Origin: Devosiaceae bacterium
GTDB taxonomy: Bacteria; Pseudomonadota; Alphaproteobacteria; Rhizobiales; Devosiaceae
Reading direction: 5' to 3'
Assembly: GCA_021648375.1 (NCBI GenBank)
Contig: JAKISW010000005.1
Span: 35,161 to 99,160, forward strand
DNA: 64,000 bases
Shown here piece after piece: positions 18,601 through 26,744 of this stretch. A program made the position numbers and the translations under genes. A model generated the notes under the pieces. It ran no database searches, was not told where the DNA came from, and saw only the letters and a list, made by a program, of their open reading frames with translations. Position 1 is the first letter of the stretch. Every line of letters starts with the position of its first letter.

Positions 18601-19089
18601 ATGGAATCTTTTGAAAATCGTGAAAGTGGAGATATCGAGCACGATATTGCCTCAGGCAATTCCATGCAGCTGATCGCGTTTATGATCGGGGAGCAAATTT
18701 ATGGGGTTGAAATTACCACGGTGCGTGAAATTCGCGCATGGGATGGTGCAACACCTTTGCCCAATACGCAGGAATTTGTGCGTGGTGTCATAAACCTGCG
18801 CGGAACAATAGTGCCGATATTTGACCTTAGGGCAAGGTTTGGCGACGGAATTACCAATACCACAAAAAATCATGTGGTTGTGGTCATGTCGGTTGGTGAA
18901 AAGTGGGTGGGTGTTCTGGTGGATGCGGTTTCAGACATTCTTACCATTTCGAAGAAAGATATCCATAAAGTCCCTGAAGGCGACAATATGGATTCTGAGC
19001 TTTTGAACGGCATTATTACCCATGACAGCAAAATGGTTGGCCTGATTGACCTTGATGCAATTGTTGCCGGGGTAAAGGAAGAGAGCTAA
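18601..19089 (+). CDS. cheW: chemotaxis coupling protein CheW
   Basis: 162 aa with a CheW-like domain (YGVEITTVREI..VRGVINLRGTIVPIFDLR). Confidence 0.95.
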   Translation: MESFENRESGDIEHDIASGNSMQLIAFMIGEQIYGVEITTVREIRAWDGATPLPNTQEFVRGVINLRGTIVPIFDLRARFGDGITNTTKNHVVVVMSVGEKWVGVLVDAVSDILTISKKDIHKVPEGDNMDSELLNGIITHDSKMVGLIDLDAIVAGVKEES

Positions 19090-19121
19090 AAACTTTGCCT
19101 GAAAATTATTCGGAGACTTGA

Positions 19122-19401
19122 GGGTCAGGACCTATTAAATTCGTACGATTCTGTTTGAAATAGAGTGTTCAGATAAGGTAAATAGCAGTGAAATCATGTC
19201 TATCACCTTATTGAACTGCAATTTGTATTAGATGCATACTATATTTCGAACCCGAACGGGCGCCGCCTATTTTGTTCATGAATGCGTTGAAAAATCTTGA
19301 AAACCATGCGGTTTCCGGCGCTTTCTCGCCTGTTCCTGACCAGAAATCATGAAACAAAATCTAAAAGTCACAAAAATTGAAAGTTTTTTGGCTCTGGCTC
19401 T
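19122..19401 (+). mobile_element. MITE-like element, degenerate copy (left end intact, right end decayed)
   Basis: The first 57 nt match 36167-36223 at 52/57 by hand count. Collinear islands (TTAGATG, GAATGCGTTG, CGCCTGTTC, AAACAAAATC) occur at the same offsets (AAACAAAATC at +230 versus +231). No matching right inverted repeat is present. Confidence 0.5.
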
Positions 19402-19450
19402 GGTTCTTGGGTTCTGGTTCTTGGGTTTTAGTTTTTGGGTTTTAGTTTTG
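19390..19450. repeat. G/T-rich tandem array (GGCTCT x2, then three 14-mers)
   Basis: The units are GGCTCT GGCTCT GGTTCTTGGGTTCT GGTTCTTGGGTTTT AGTTTTTGGGTTTT AGTTTTG. The array begins where the right end of the element copy would be expected and ends 3 nt before the stop of the minus-strand ORF. Confidence 0.85.
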
Positions 19451-19453
19451 AAC

Positions 19454-19867
19454 CTAGAACAGGTCGCAATCCCCACTTGGGATTTTTGCTGCCGTGCATG
19501 ACATTTCAGGTTTTGATAGTTCGTCCAGGGTCAGGTTTTGCCAGACGAATGCTGCCTTATCTTCATCAAAATGGGCGGTACGGTGACGAATTTGCTCGAT
19601 GGCAGATTTTATATTGGCGCAGCGCTGTTCAATGCGGTCCTGGGCCTGCAAGCCGATTAATATTTTGATCGCGGCATCCTGGCGAGCTTTAGAATTTTCG
19701 ATAGATTTGTCCAGAAGAACTTCCAGAGCGACATTGATCGAATCCACCAGATCTTTGGTCTGGTGGATAGTTTCTTCGAGTTCTATTGCCAGCTTTTCTA
19801 TAGCCAATTTATCTAATTCCCTACATATCAAAATTTTTGAACCTGTATGAAGAAATCTATCTGACAA
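19454..19867 (-). CDS. hypothetical coiled-coil protein with CheZ-like QxQDxxxQ motif (start uncertain)
   Basis: It is the only long ORF in the ~0.9-kb gap between cheW and cheD. There is no in-frame ATG near the 5' end; candidate starts are TTG at 19867, 19831 and 19807. The motif LQAQDRIEQR lies at 19622-19651. The C-terminus ends in GDCDLF. Confidence 0.5.
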   Translation of the reverse strand: MSDRFLHTGSKILICRELDKLAIEKLAIELEETIHQTKDLVDSINVALEVLLDKSIENSKARQDAAIKILIGLQAQDRIEQRCANIKSAIEQIRHRTAHFDEDKAAFVWQNLTLDELSKPEMSCTAAKIPSGDCDLF

Positions 19868-20006
19868 ATGCTAAGCCAATATTTCTCTTGGGTTTAATTT
19901 ATCTCATCTTGTGTTTTTGGTTAGTAATTTCCTAATTTCTTTTGAGTTATCCTTGGGAAAACCACTTAGGATTTTAAACCCTAAGAGATATCAGGGGAAT
20001 TTGTAA

Positions 20007-20609
20007 ATGTCGGCTTTAGGGGCGAGAGTATCAAATGGATTACGTTCAGATGAGGGGCGTGAAAAAACCGTGACGGTAAATCAGGGTGGATGCGAAGTTT
20101 CAGCCGATCAGCGTGTTACAATGGCAACGGTTTTGGGATCGTGCATCAGCGCATGTGTACGTGACAGTGTGGCAGCAATCGGGGGAATGAACCATTTTTT
20201 GCTGGCAGATCAATCCGGTAGCGCAAAAGATCGCTATGGTGCGTCGGCGCGTTATGGTGCTTTTGCCATGGAGCAATTGATCAACTCGGTATTGAGCCAA
20301 GGGACCGGGCGCAAAGGTAATCTGGTTATCAAGGTATTTGGCGGCGGCAATATAAATTCTTTGCAGGCAGATGTGGGTGCACGCAATGTGGAATTTGTAC
20401 GCGATTTTTTATTGGGTGAAGGCTATGAAATAGCTTCTGAGGATTTGGGGGGGAACTTTGCCCGCCGAATTATGTTCAAGCCGGCCAGCGGGCGGGTTTT
20501 TGTCAAGCGGCTTGATTCCGATGCGGGCAAAACCGTTGTTCGTGAAGAATTGGCTATTGCTAAAAAACGGGTTGTTGCGCCACCGGTTGACGATATCGAA
20601 TTGTTTTGA
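20007..20609 (+). CDS. cheD: chemoreceptor glutamine deamidase CheD
   Basis: 200 aa with the CheD block TVLGSCISACVRD....IGGMNHFLL. Confidence 0.9.
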   Translation: MSALGARVSNGLRSDEGREKTVTVNQGGCEVSADQRVTMATVLGSCISACVRDSVAAIGGMNHFLLADQSGSAKDRYGASARYGAFAMEQLINSVLSQGTGRKGNLVIKVFGGGNINSLQADVGARNVEFVRDFLLGEGYEIASEDLGGNFARRIMFKPASGRVFVKRLDSDAGKTVVREELAIAKKRVVAPPVDDIELF

Positions 20610-20816
20610 GCTTTTTTCATAAGGGCAGTGGCTGGATATTAGCTGTAAGTCAGTATTGCCGACGGAAAAATTTAATTTGCTACGCCTTTACATAAAATAA
20701 GTAAAAACCCGGTCATATTGCAGTAGCGGGATTTATCGCGACGGCAAAATTTTGTAGCGGTCGTGAAAATGTCTGCTTTTGCCTTTGGCAAACTTTAAAA
20801 ATTTGAAGAATTTACG

Positions 20817-21692
20817 ATGTTGGGAAAAAACATGTCGGGCGAAGAAATTTCTCTTAGTGACAAAGAATTTGATAAAATACGGGATCGTATTTATCAGATT
20901 GCGGGAATTTCTCTTGGCGAGGCCAAGCGGGTATTGGTGGTTTCCCGGCTAACAAAAATCGTTCGCGCTAAAAACCTTAAAAGCTTTGATGCATATGTGG
21001 ACTTTTTGGATAAGCGCGCCTCAAGGGATGACAAGCAGGTTTTTGTCAACGCACTTACCACAAATCTGACCCGATTTTATCGGGAGGATCATCATTTTGA
21101 TCATCTGGTAAAATATGTGGGCCGGTTGGTGGCAAATCCGCGTTATAAAACCTCTACGGGCAAGCCAAGATTGCGCATCTGGTCAGCGGGTTGTTCCACA
21201 GGGCAGGAGCCATATACCATCGCCATGGCTCTTATGCAGAATTTCCCACAACTCAAAAGCTGGGATTTCAAAATTTTGGCCACTGATGTTGATACGGACG
21301 TAATTGCCAAGGCCGCAATGGGAATATATCCGGCCGGAGAACTTGAAGGCTTATCCAAATCCCAGGCTGCAATATTCGAAAAAACGCCAGATGGAAATGT
21401 TAGAATTCCGTCAAATTTGCGAAATCTGATGACGTTTAAGCCGTTAAATTTAATGTTGGATTGGCCGATGAAGGGACCGTTTGACGCCATTTTTTGCCGC
21501 AATGTCACAATATATTTCGACAAGCCAACCCAGACAAAAGTTTTTGAGCGCTTTAGTGAGCTGCTACCCGAGGACGGGTATTTATATATTGGCCATTCAG
21601 AAAACATGCGCGCTGCAGCGCTTGGTTTTTGTATTGATGGAAAAACTATTTATCGCCGTTCGATGCAGGAAAATATGAGGGCCAGTCGATGA
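20817..21692 (+). CDS. cheR: chemotaxis protein methyltransferase CheR
   Basis: 291 aa with an N-terminal CheR helical domain and SAM-binding blocks (LRIWSAGCSTGQEPYTIAM; IFCRNVTIYFD). The start could instead be the ATG at 20832. Confidence 0.95.
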   Translation: MLGKNMSGEEISLSDKEFDKIRDRIYQIAGISLGEAKRVLVVSRLTKIVRAKNLKSFDAYVDFLDKRASRDDKQVFVNALTTNLTRFYREDHHFDHLVKYVGRLVANPRYKTSTGKPRLRIWSAGCSTGQEPYTIAMALMQNFPQLKSWDFKILATDVDTDVIAKAAMGIYPAGELEGLSKSQAAIFEKTPDGNVRIPSNLRNLMTFKPLNLMLDWPMKGPFDAIFCRNVTIYFDKPTQTKVFERFSELLPEDGYLYIGHSENMRAAALGFCIDGKTIYRRSMQENMRASR

Positions 21693-22744
21693 GTATCAGG
21701 GTTTTAGTTGTTGATGATTCAGCGTTAATTCGTGAAGTGTTGAGCTCCCAGTTAATAAAAGACGGGGATATTGAAGTTGTTGGTACGGCAGAAGATCCCA
21801 TTGTGGCGCGCCGTAAAATCAAGGAATTAAACCCAGACGTTATAACCCTTGATATTGAAATGCCTAATATGAACGGGCTTGAATTTTTATCAAAACTTAT
21901 GCGCCTGCGTCCCCTGCCTGTTGTTATGGTTTCGACGCTTACTCACAAAGGGGCCAGCGAAACCATGCTGGCACTTGAATTGGGGGCGGTGGATTTTGTT
22001 GGCAAACCGGGAGCTAATCTGTCCGGTGGAATTGAAAAATTTGGGGCAGATATTCGGGAAAAAGTTCGTTCAGCCGCACAAAGTGACGTTAAAGGCCAGG
22101 TAATGCGACCAAATGTTGCGTCAAAATCATTTGTCGCGAACAGTGCAGCCGGGGTCGCTGCTGGTTCACTTATTGCTATTGGAGCATCAACCGGGGGCGT
22201 GGATGCGGTGAGGAATGTAATTTCGCGTTTGCCCGCGGATAGCCCTCCCGTCCTGGTGGCTCAGCACATGCCTGAAAGCTTCACCGCCCGTTTTGCTGAG
22301 AGATTAAATCAGCAGGTTGAACTGGAGGTTGTTGAGGCTGTGGACCGTATGCCAATTGAGGTGGGCAAGGTTTATATCGCCAAGGGAGGTTTTCATCTGC
22401 TGGTTGAAATCAGTTCCGGGCAGATGAAATGCCGTCTGAATGAAAATGATCTGGTATCAGGGCATCGGCCTAGTGTTGATGTGTTGTTTGCTTCGGTGGC
22501 CAAAACCATTGGATCAAAAGCTGTCGGAGCCATATTGACCGGTATGGGAAAAGATGGTGCCGAGGGGCTAAAACTCATGCGTCAAGCCGGGTCTTATACA
22601 GTTGGACAGAACAAAGAATCTGCACTGGTTTATGGCATGCCAAGAGTCGCAAATGAAATCGGTGCCGTGGTTGAAGAGGCTGCAGTCGAAGATATTGCAA
22701 ACCGGTTGATTTTTGGATTGCTGAAGCAAAAATCTGTTGCTTAA
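21689..22744 (+). CDS. cheB: protein-glutamate methylesterase/glutaminase CheB
   Basis: 351 aa with a receiver domain (IRVLVVDDSALIR..LDIEMPNMNG) and a methylesterase domain (IGASTGG; GMGKDGA). It overlaps the cheR stop by 4 nt. Confidence 0.95.
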   Translation: MSIRVLVVDDSALIREVLSSQLIKDGDIEVVGTAEDPIVARRKIKELNPDVITLDIEMPNMNGLEFLSKLMRLRPLPVVMVSTLTHKGASETMLALELGAVDFVGKPGANLSGGIEKFGADIREKVRSAAQSDVKGQVMRPNVASKSFVANSAAGVAAGSLIAIGASTGGVDAVRNVISRLPADSPPVLVAQHMPESFTARFAERLNQQVELEVVEAVDRMPIEVGKVYIAKGGFHLLVEISSGQMKCRLNENDLVSGHRPSVDVLFASVAKTIGSKAVGAILTGMGKDGAEGLKLMRQAGSYTVGQNKESALVYGMPRVANEIGAVVEEAAVEDIANRLIFGLLKQKSVA

Positions 22745-22835
22745 AAATATATGCCAAATTGAGAATATGGTAAGAGTTTACCCTTATTAAAGTATTTAAG
22801 CTCCAACACTAAAACGTAAAAAACGAGTATTAAAA

Positions 22836-23225
22836 ATGCCAAAAGCAAGCACTATAAGCGTCCTGGTCGTTGACGATCAGCAATCAATGCGCGGCATCTG
22901 CAAATTCATCCTCAATCAGCTGGGGTTCCAGAAAATTACCGAAGCTAAAAGCGGGCGTGATGCACTGGGAAAATTGCAGGAAAACAAGATTGATCTGATT
23001 ATATCGGACTGGAACATGGATGATATTGACGGTTTGACTTTACTCAAAGTTATTCGCAAGCACCCAAAAACCAAGACTATGCCGTTTATTATGGCGACTG
23101 GGCGCTCTGATAAGGAGCAGGTGAAAGAGGCGATTGTCGCCGGGGTTAATAATTATATCATCAAGCCGTTTGACGCCGGGTCGATGAAGAAAAAAATCGA
23201 GGCGGTTATTGGTGCCTTGGTTTAA
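22836..23225 (+). CDS. cheY: chemotaxis response regulator CheY (second copy)
   Basis: 129-aa single receiver domain (VLVVDDQQSMR..IISDWNMDDIDG..IIKPF). Confidence 0.9.
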   Translation: MPKASTISVLVVDDQQSMRGICKFILNQLGFQKITEAKSGRDALGKLQENKIDLIISDWNMDDIDGLTLLKVIRKHPKTKTMPFIMATGRSDKEQVKEAIVAGVNNYIIKPFDAGSMKKKIEAVIGALV

Positions 23226-23242
23226 TAGCCGGTAATTTTTAT

Positions 23243-23265
23243 TCAGGCGTTTGCCTGATTTTAAT
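23243..23265 (+). terminator. weak hairpin plus T-tract between cheY and the MCP gene
   Basis: TCAGGC-GTTT-GCCTGA (23243-23258) is followed by TTTTAAT. The stem is only 6 bp, so this may be an attenuator or nothing. Confidence 0.3.
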
Positions 23266-23297
23266 ACATACCAAGAAATTCTGCGTACTATTTTTCA

Positions 23298-25772
23298 ATG
23301 CGATGGGGCATAAGCATGACTTCCAAATCAAAAAAACAATCGGTATCTGGGCTACAGCAACTGGTTTCAAGGTTTCCGATCCGGGTTCGTATTCTTGCCC
23401 TTTGTCTTGTGCCATTGGCGGGCCTGTTATTTATCGGCTTTCAGGAGCTGACCTCAGAATATGAGAAAACTGTTTCGGCCCAGCAGGCGCTCGCTATAAC
23501 GGAAAAACTCCCGCTATTTTCAGAAATAATCCAGGCAATGCAACAAGAACGAGGCATGTCGGCTGGCTTTATTGCCTCGGGGGGGCAGAATTTTGTGGGC
23601 GAGCTAAGTGCGCAAAGGCCAAAAACTGATATCCAGTTTACAGCTTTTAGTGGCTTTGTTGAAGATATGATGCAGCCGGGCATGAATATGGCGCCGGAGC
23701 TTATTGAAATATTTCAAACGGTGTTGGGTGAGTTTGAAGATCTTGAGGCAATACGGAGTCAGGTGAGCGCTCTTCAGGTTTCAAAATCTGAAATGATTAG
23801 TTATTATACCGGAGTAATTGGCGAGCTGCTGCATACGATTGGACTTCAGATTTCCCTGTCAAAAGACCCTGTTATGTCGACAAAATTTCAGTCGCTGAGT
23901 GCATTGCTTCTGGCGAAGGAAAGTGCCGGGATTGAACGGGCGGTTGGTGCGGCGGCATTTTCAAGTAAAACAATAAATCGGGCGGACTACGCAAAATTTG
24001 TTGGTCTGGTTGATATGCAAAATGTGATGTTGGGTACATTCAGGGATACTGCGAGCGCTGAATTGCAACAATTCTTTGATGAAACAGTCAGCGGGACTAT
24101 TGTTGATCAGGTCAATTTATACAGAGATTTGCTGCGCCAAGTTCCGTTTGGCGGCTCGATCGCTTCAGTTTCAGGCGCTCAATGGTTTGCAGCAACCACA
24201 GATCGCATTAATTTGCTCAATCAAGTGGATGATGAGGCAACCACATATGCGATTGAGCTCGCTCGAGAACTGGAAGCAAAGGCATCCCAAAAATTATTGG
24301 TCAACGCCATAATTAATGGCGCAATTATTTTACTGACAATTGTTATGGCCTTTATTGTGGTGCGCTCGATTAGCGGGCCGGTTATCCGACTGACTAAAAC
24401 CATGGATGTAATGGCAGGTGGCAATTTCGATGTGGAAGTTTTTGGAACTGAAAACCACGATGAACTTGGAAAAATGGCACGGGCTGTCGAAATTTTCAAG
24501 CAAAACGGTTTAAAAGTTGCCGCCATGACCGAAGATGAAAAAGCCACCGCTGCGCGCAATATTGCGGAACGGAGCCAGATGATGGAACAGCTTGGGCATG
24601 CATTTGGCGATGTGGTTGGTGCTGCTGTTGCGGGTGATTTTTCCAAGCGTGTTGAAGCTGAATTCCCCGATGATGAACTTAATCAGCTCGGGGTGAAGGT
24701 AAATGAGCTTGTGCAGACTGTTGAGAGGGGTCTTGGGGAAACCGGCGATGTTCTTGCCGCTTTAGCCAGAACCGATCTTACCATGCGGGTTGAAGGTCAA
24801 TATGAAGGCTCGTTTGATAAGCTGAAGAACGATACAAATGCGGTTGCTGATAAGCTTTCCGATGTCATAGGTCAGTTGCGCGATACTTCGGGTGCTCTTA
24901 AATCTGCCACCGGTGAAATTCTTGCCGGGGCCAATGACCTTAGCGAGCGCACCACCAAGCAGGCGGCAACGGTTGAAGAAACCTCAGCCACCGTTGAGAC
25001 ACTTTCAAATACGGTTATGAAGAGTGCTGATCAGGCCGATGAGGCCTCGACAAAGTCCAAGGTTTTGGCCCAAACAGCTGAACAAACCGGTCAGACTGTT
25101 GATCTGGCCACCGAAGCCATGGAGCGGATTACAACATCTTCGGCCAAGATATCAAATGTTATTGGCATGATTGACGATATTGCTTTTCAGACCAATCTTT
25201 TGGCATTGAACGCTTCTGTTGAAGCGGCTCGTGCCGGAGAGGCCGGGAAGGGCTTTGCGGTTGTTGCCATTGAAGTTCGTCGCCTTGCACAAAGTGCAGC
25301 TGAGGCTTCATCCGAGGTTAAGCAACTGGTTGAGCAAAGCGCAACTGAAGTTGGTACCGGCTCCAAGCACGTTGTTTCTGCGGCTGAAAAAATCAAGGAA
25401 ATGATCATTGGAATTCAGGAAAGCTCGGAATTAATGGCAGCAATTGCCTCGGCGTCTCGTGATCAGGCTTCTTCGATTGATGAGGTTAATGTTGCCGTTC
25501 GTCAGATGGATGAAATGACCCAGCATAATGCAGCTTTGGTTGAAGAAACCAATGCGGCAATCGAACAGACCGATAACCAGGTGGATGAGCTGGACCGGAT
25601 TGTTGATGTGTTCAAGCTTGGTGATAATGCCGGGCAACGATCTGCCTCGCCGGCTCCACAGGCTGCACCAAGGCAGGGTATTAAGCAGATACAGGCCAAG
25701 GTTTCCAAGGCGGCTAAATCTTATCTGTCTGAAGGCAGTGCTGCTGTCGATAGTGAATGGGATGAGTTTTAG
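23298..25772 (+). CDS. methyl-accepting chemotaxis protein with NIT-like periplasmic sensor domain
   Basis: 824 aa with two TM segments flanking a ~290-aa region. That region carries the NIT-like block [24 protein letters not shown]-type repeats and the MA domain ([31 protein letters not shown]) follow. The C-terminus is EWDEF. The start may be ATG 23316. Confidence 0.9.
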   Translation: MRWGISMTSKSKKQSVSGLQQLVSRFPIRVRILALCLVPLAGLLFIGFQELTSEYEKTVSAQQALAITEKLPLFSEIIQAMQQERGMSAGFIASGGQNFVGELSAQRPKTDIQFTAFSGFVEDMMQPGMNMAPELIEIFQTVLGEFEDLEAIRSQVSALQVSKSEMISYYTGVIGELLHTIGLQISLSKDPVMSTKFQSLSALLLAKESAGIERAVGAAAFSSKTINRADYAKFVGLVDMQNVMLGTFRDTASAELQQFFDETVSGTIVDQVNLYRDLLRQVPFGGSIASVSGAQWFAATTDRINLLNQVDDEATTYAIELARELEAKASQKLLVNAIINGAIILLTIVMAFIVVRSISGPVIRLTKTMDVMAGGNFDVEVFGTENHDELGKMARAVEIFKQNGLKVAAMTEDEKATAARNIAERSQMMEQLGHAFGDVVGAAVAGDFSKRVEAEFPDDELNQLGVKVNELVQTVERGLGETGDVLAALARTDLTMRVEGQYEGSFDKLKNDTNAVADKLSDVIGQLRDTSGALKSATGEILAGANDLSERTTKQAATVEETSATVETLSNTVMKSADQADEASTKSKVLAQTAEQTGQTVDLATEAMERITTSSAKISNVIGMIDDIAFQTNLLALNASVEAARAGEAGKGFAVVAIEVRRLAQSAAEASSEVKQLVEQSATEVGTGSKHVVSAAEKIKEMIIGIQESSELMAAIASASRDQASSIDEVNVAVRQMDEMTQHNAALVEETNAAIEQTDNQVDELDRIVDVFKLGDNAGQRSASPAPQAAPRQGIKQIQAKVSKAAKSYLSEGSAAVDSEWDEF

Positions 25773-25783
25773 GGTCCTGACCC
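25770..25783. repeat. TAGGGTCCTGACCC mini-copy of the MITE terminal core overlapping the MCP stop codon
   Basis: Identical to 7605-7618 over 14 nt. TAG at 25770-25772 is the MCP stop codon. Confidence 0.75.
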
Positions 25784-25811
25784 GAGAACCTAATGCTGAA
25801 ATAATAAATTG

Positions 25812-25846
25812 AAAAGGGGCGCTTGAATAGCGCCCCTTTTCTTTTG
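25812..25846 (+). terminator. intrinsic terminator after the MCP gene
   Basis: AAAAGGGGCGC (25812-25822), loop TTGAATA, then GCGCCCCTTTT (25830-25840) followed by CTTTTG. Confidence 0.85.
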
Positions 25847-25962
25847 TTGTGTCAAAAACTTCTATTATTTATAAAAGCTCTATCGTTTGGTGTTGACCAC
25901 GCGGATTGCATATGAGCACATGCGCCGGGCCTGTGATCTAGATTATTTTTTGGGGGACGCAC

Positions 25963-26742
25963 TTGAGCGCTGATTTTATAATTGAAGTTAATAGTGTTTC
26001 GAAGAATTTTGGCGGGGTTGTTGCCGTCAATGAATGTTCTTTAAAGGTTGAAAGAGGTTCGATCACCGGCCTTATCGGCCCCAACGGGGCTGGAAAAACC
26101 ACCCTGTTCAACATGGTTGCCGGAACCACCACTCCAAGTTCTGGAAATATAATCTTCGACGGCGAGGATGTTACCGGGTTCGATCCGCATATTCTGTTTG
26201 ACCGGGGTATGCTCAGGACTTTTCAGATTGCCCATGAATTTTCTCAGATGAGCGCGATGGAAAACCTGATGATGGTGCCGGGCGATCAACCGGGTGAGCA
26301 TTTGCTTGATGTATGGCTGAGACCATCTTTGGTGCGCAGCCGCGAATTGGAAGTTCGTCAAAAAGCCAATGATGTAATAGATTTTTTAAAACTTTCTCAC
26401 ATCAAGGATGAGTTGGCTGGAAACCTTTCCGGGGGACAAAAAAAGCTGCTGGAACTTGGGCGCACCATGATGGTTGATGCCAAGCTGGTATTACTTGATG
26501 AGGTTGCGGCCGGGGTAAACCGTACTTTGTTAAAAGACCTGGCGCACAATATTGAGCGCATGAACAAGGAGCTTGGGTATACGTTTTTTGTGATCGAGCA
26601 TGATATGGATTTGATCGCCAGGCTTTGCGACCCGGTAATTGTCATGGCGCAGGGGCAGGTTATTGCCCAGGGACCGATGGAAGAAATACGCAAAAACCCT
26701 GAAATTATCGAAGCCTATTTTGGCACACCGGTGGAGGCATAA
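25963..26742 (+). CDS. livG: branched-chain amino acid-type ABC transporter ATP-binding protein (LivG-like)
   Basis: 259 aa with a TTG start preceded by GGGGGA. Motifs: Walker A GPNGAGKTT, signature LSGGQKKLLE, Walker B LVLLDEVAAG. Confidence 0.85.
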   Translation: MSADFIIEVNSVSKNFGGVVAVNECSLKVERGSITGLIGPNGAGKTTLFNMVAGTTTPSSGNIIFDGEDVTGFDPHILFDRGMLRTFQIAHEFSQMSAMENLMMVPGDQPGEHLLDVWLRPSLVRSRELEVRQKANDVIDFLKLSHIKDELAGNLSGGQKKLLELGRTMMVDAKLVLLDEVAAGVNRTLLKDLAHNIERMNKELGYTFFVIEHDMDLIARLCDPVIVMAQGQVIAQGPMEEIRKNPEIIEAYFGTPVEA

Positions 26743-26744
26743 AA

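Noticed and set aside
19390-19450. Possible CRISPR array (short tandem repeats).
   Set aside because: The units are contiguous 6-14-mers with no spacers, and there are no cas genes in the window. This is a microsatellite-like array, not CRISPR.
19276-19668. ORFs 19276-19476 (-, 66 aa) and 19435-19668 (+, 77 aa) in the cheW-cheD gap.
   Set aside because: The first lies within the repeat element and tandem array and is low-complexity and K/R-rich from reading the C/A-rich strand. The second is antisense to the better 137-codon ORF. Neither has a plausible start context.
20609-20817. The 208-bp cheD-cheR spacer, with loose direct repeats (CGACGG[AC]AAAATTT x2; GTAGCGG x2), as a possible internal promoter or small gene.
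   Set aside because: The repeats are short and imperfect, and there is no ORF or convincing hairpin. I cannot distinguish this from ordinary intergenic sequence by eye.
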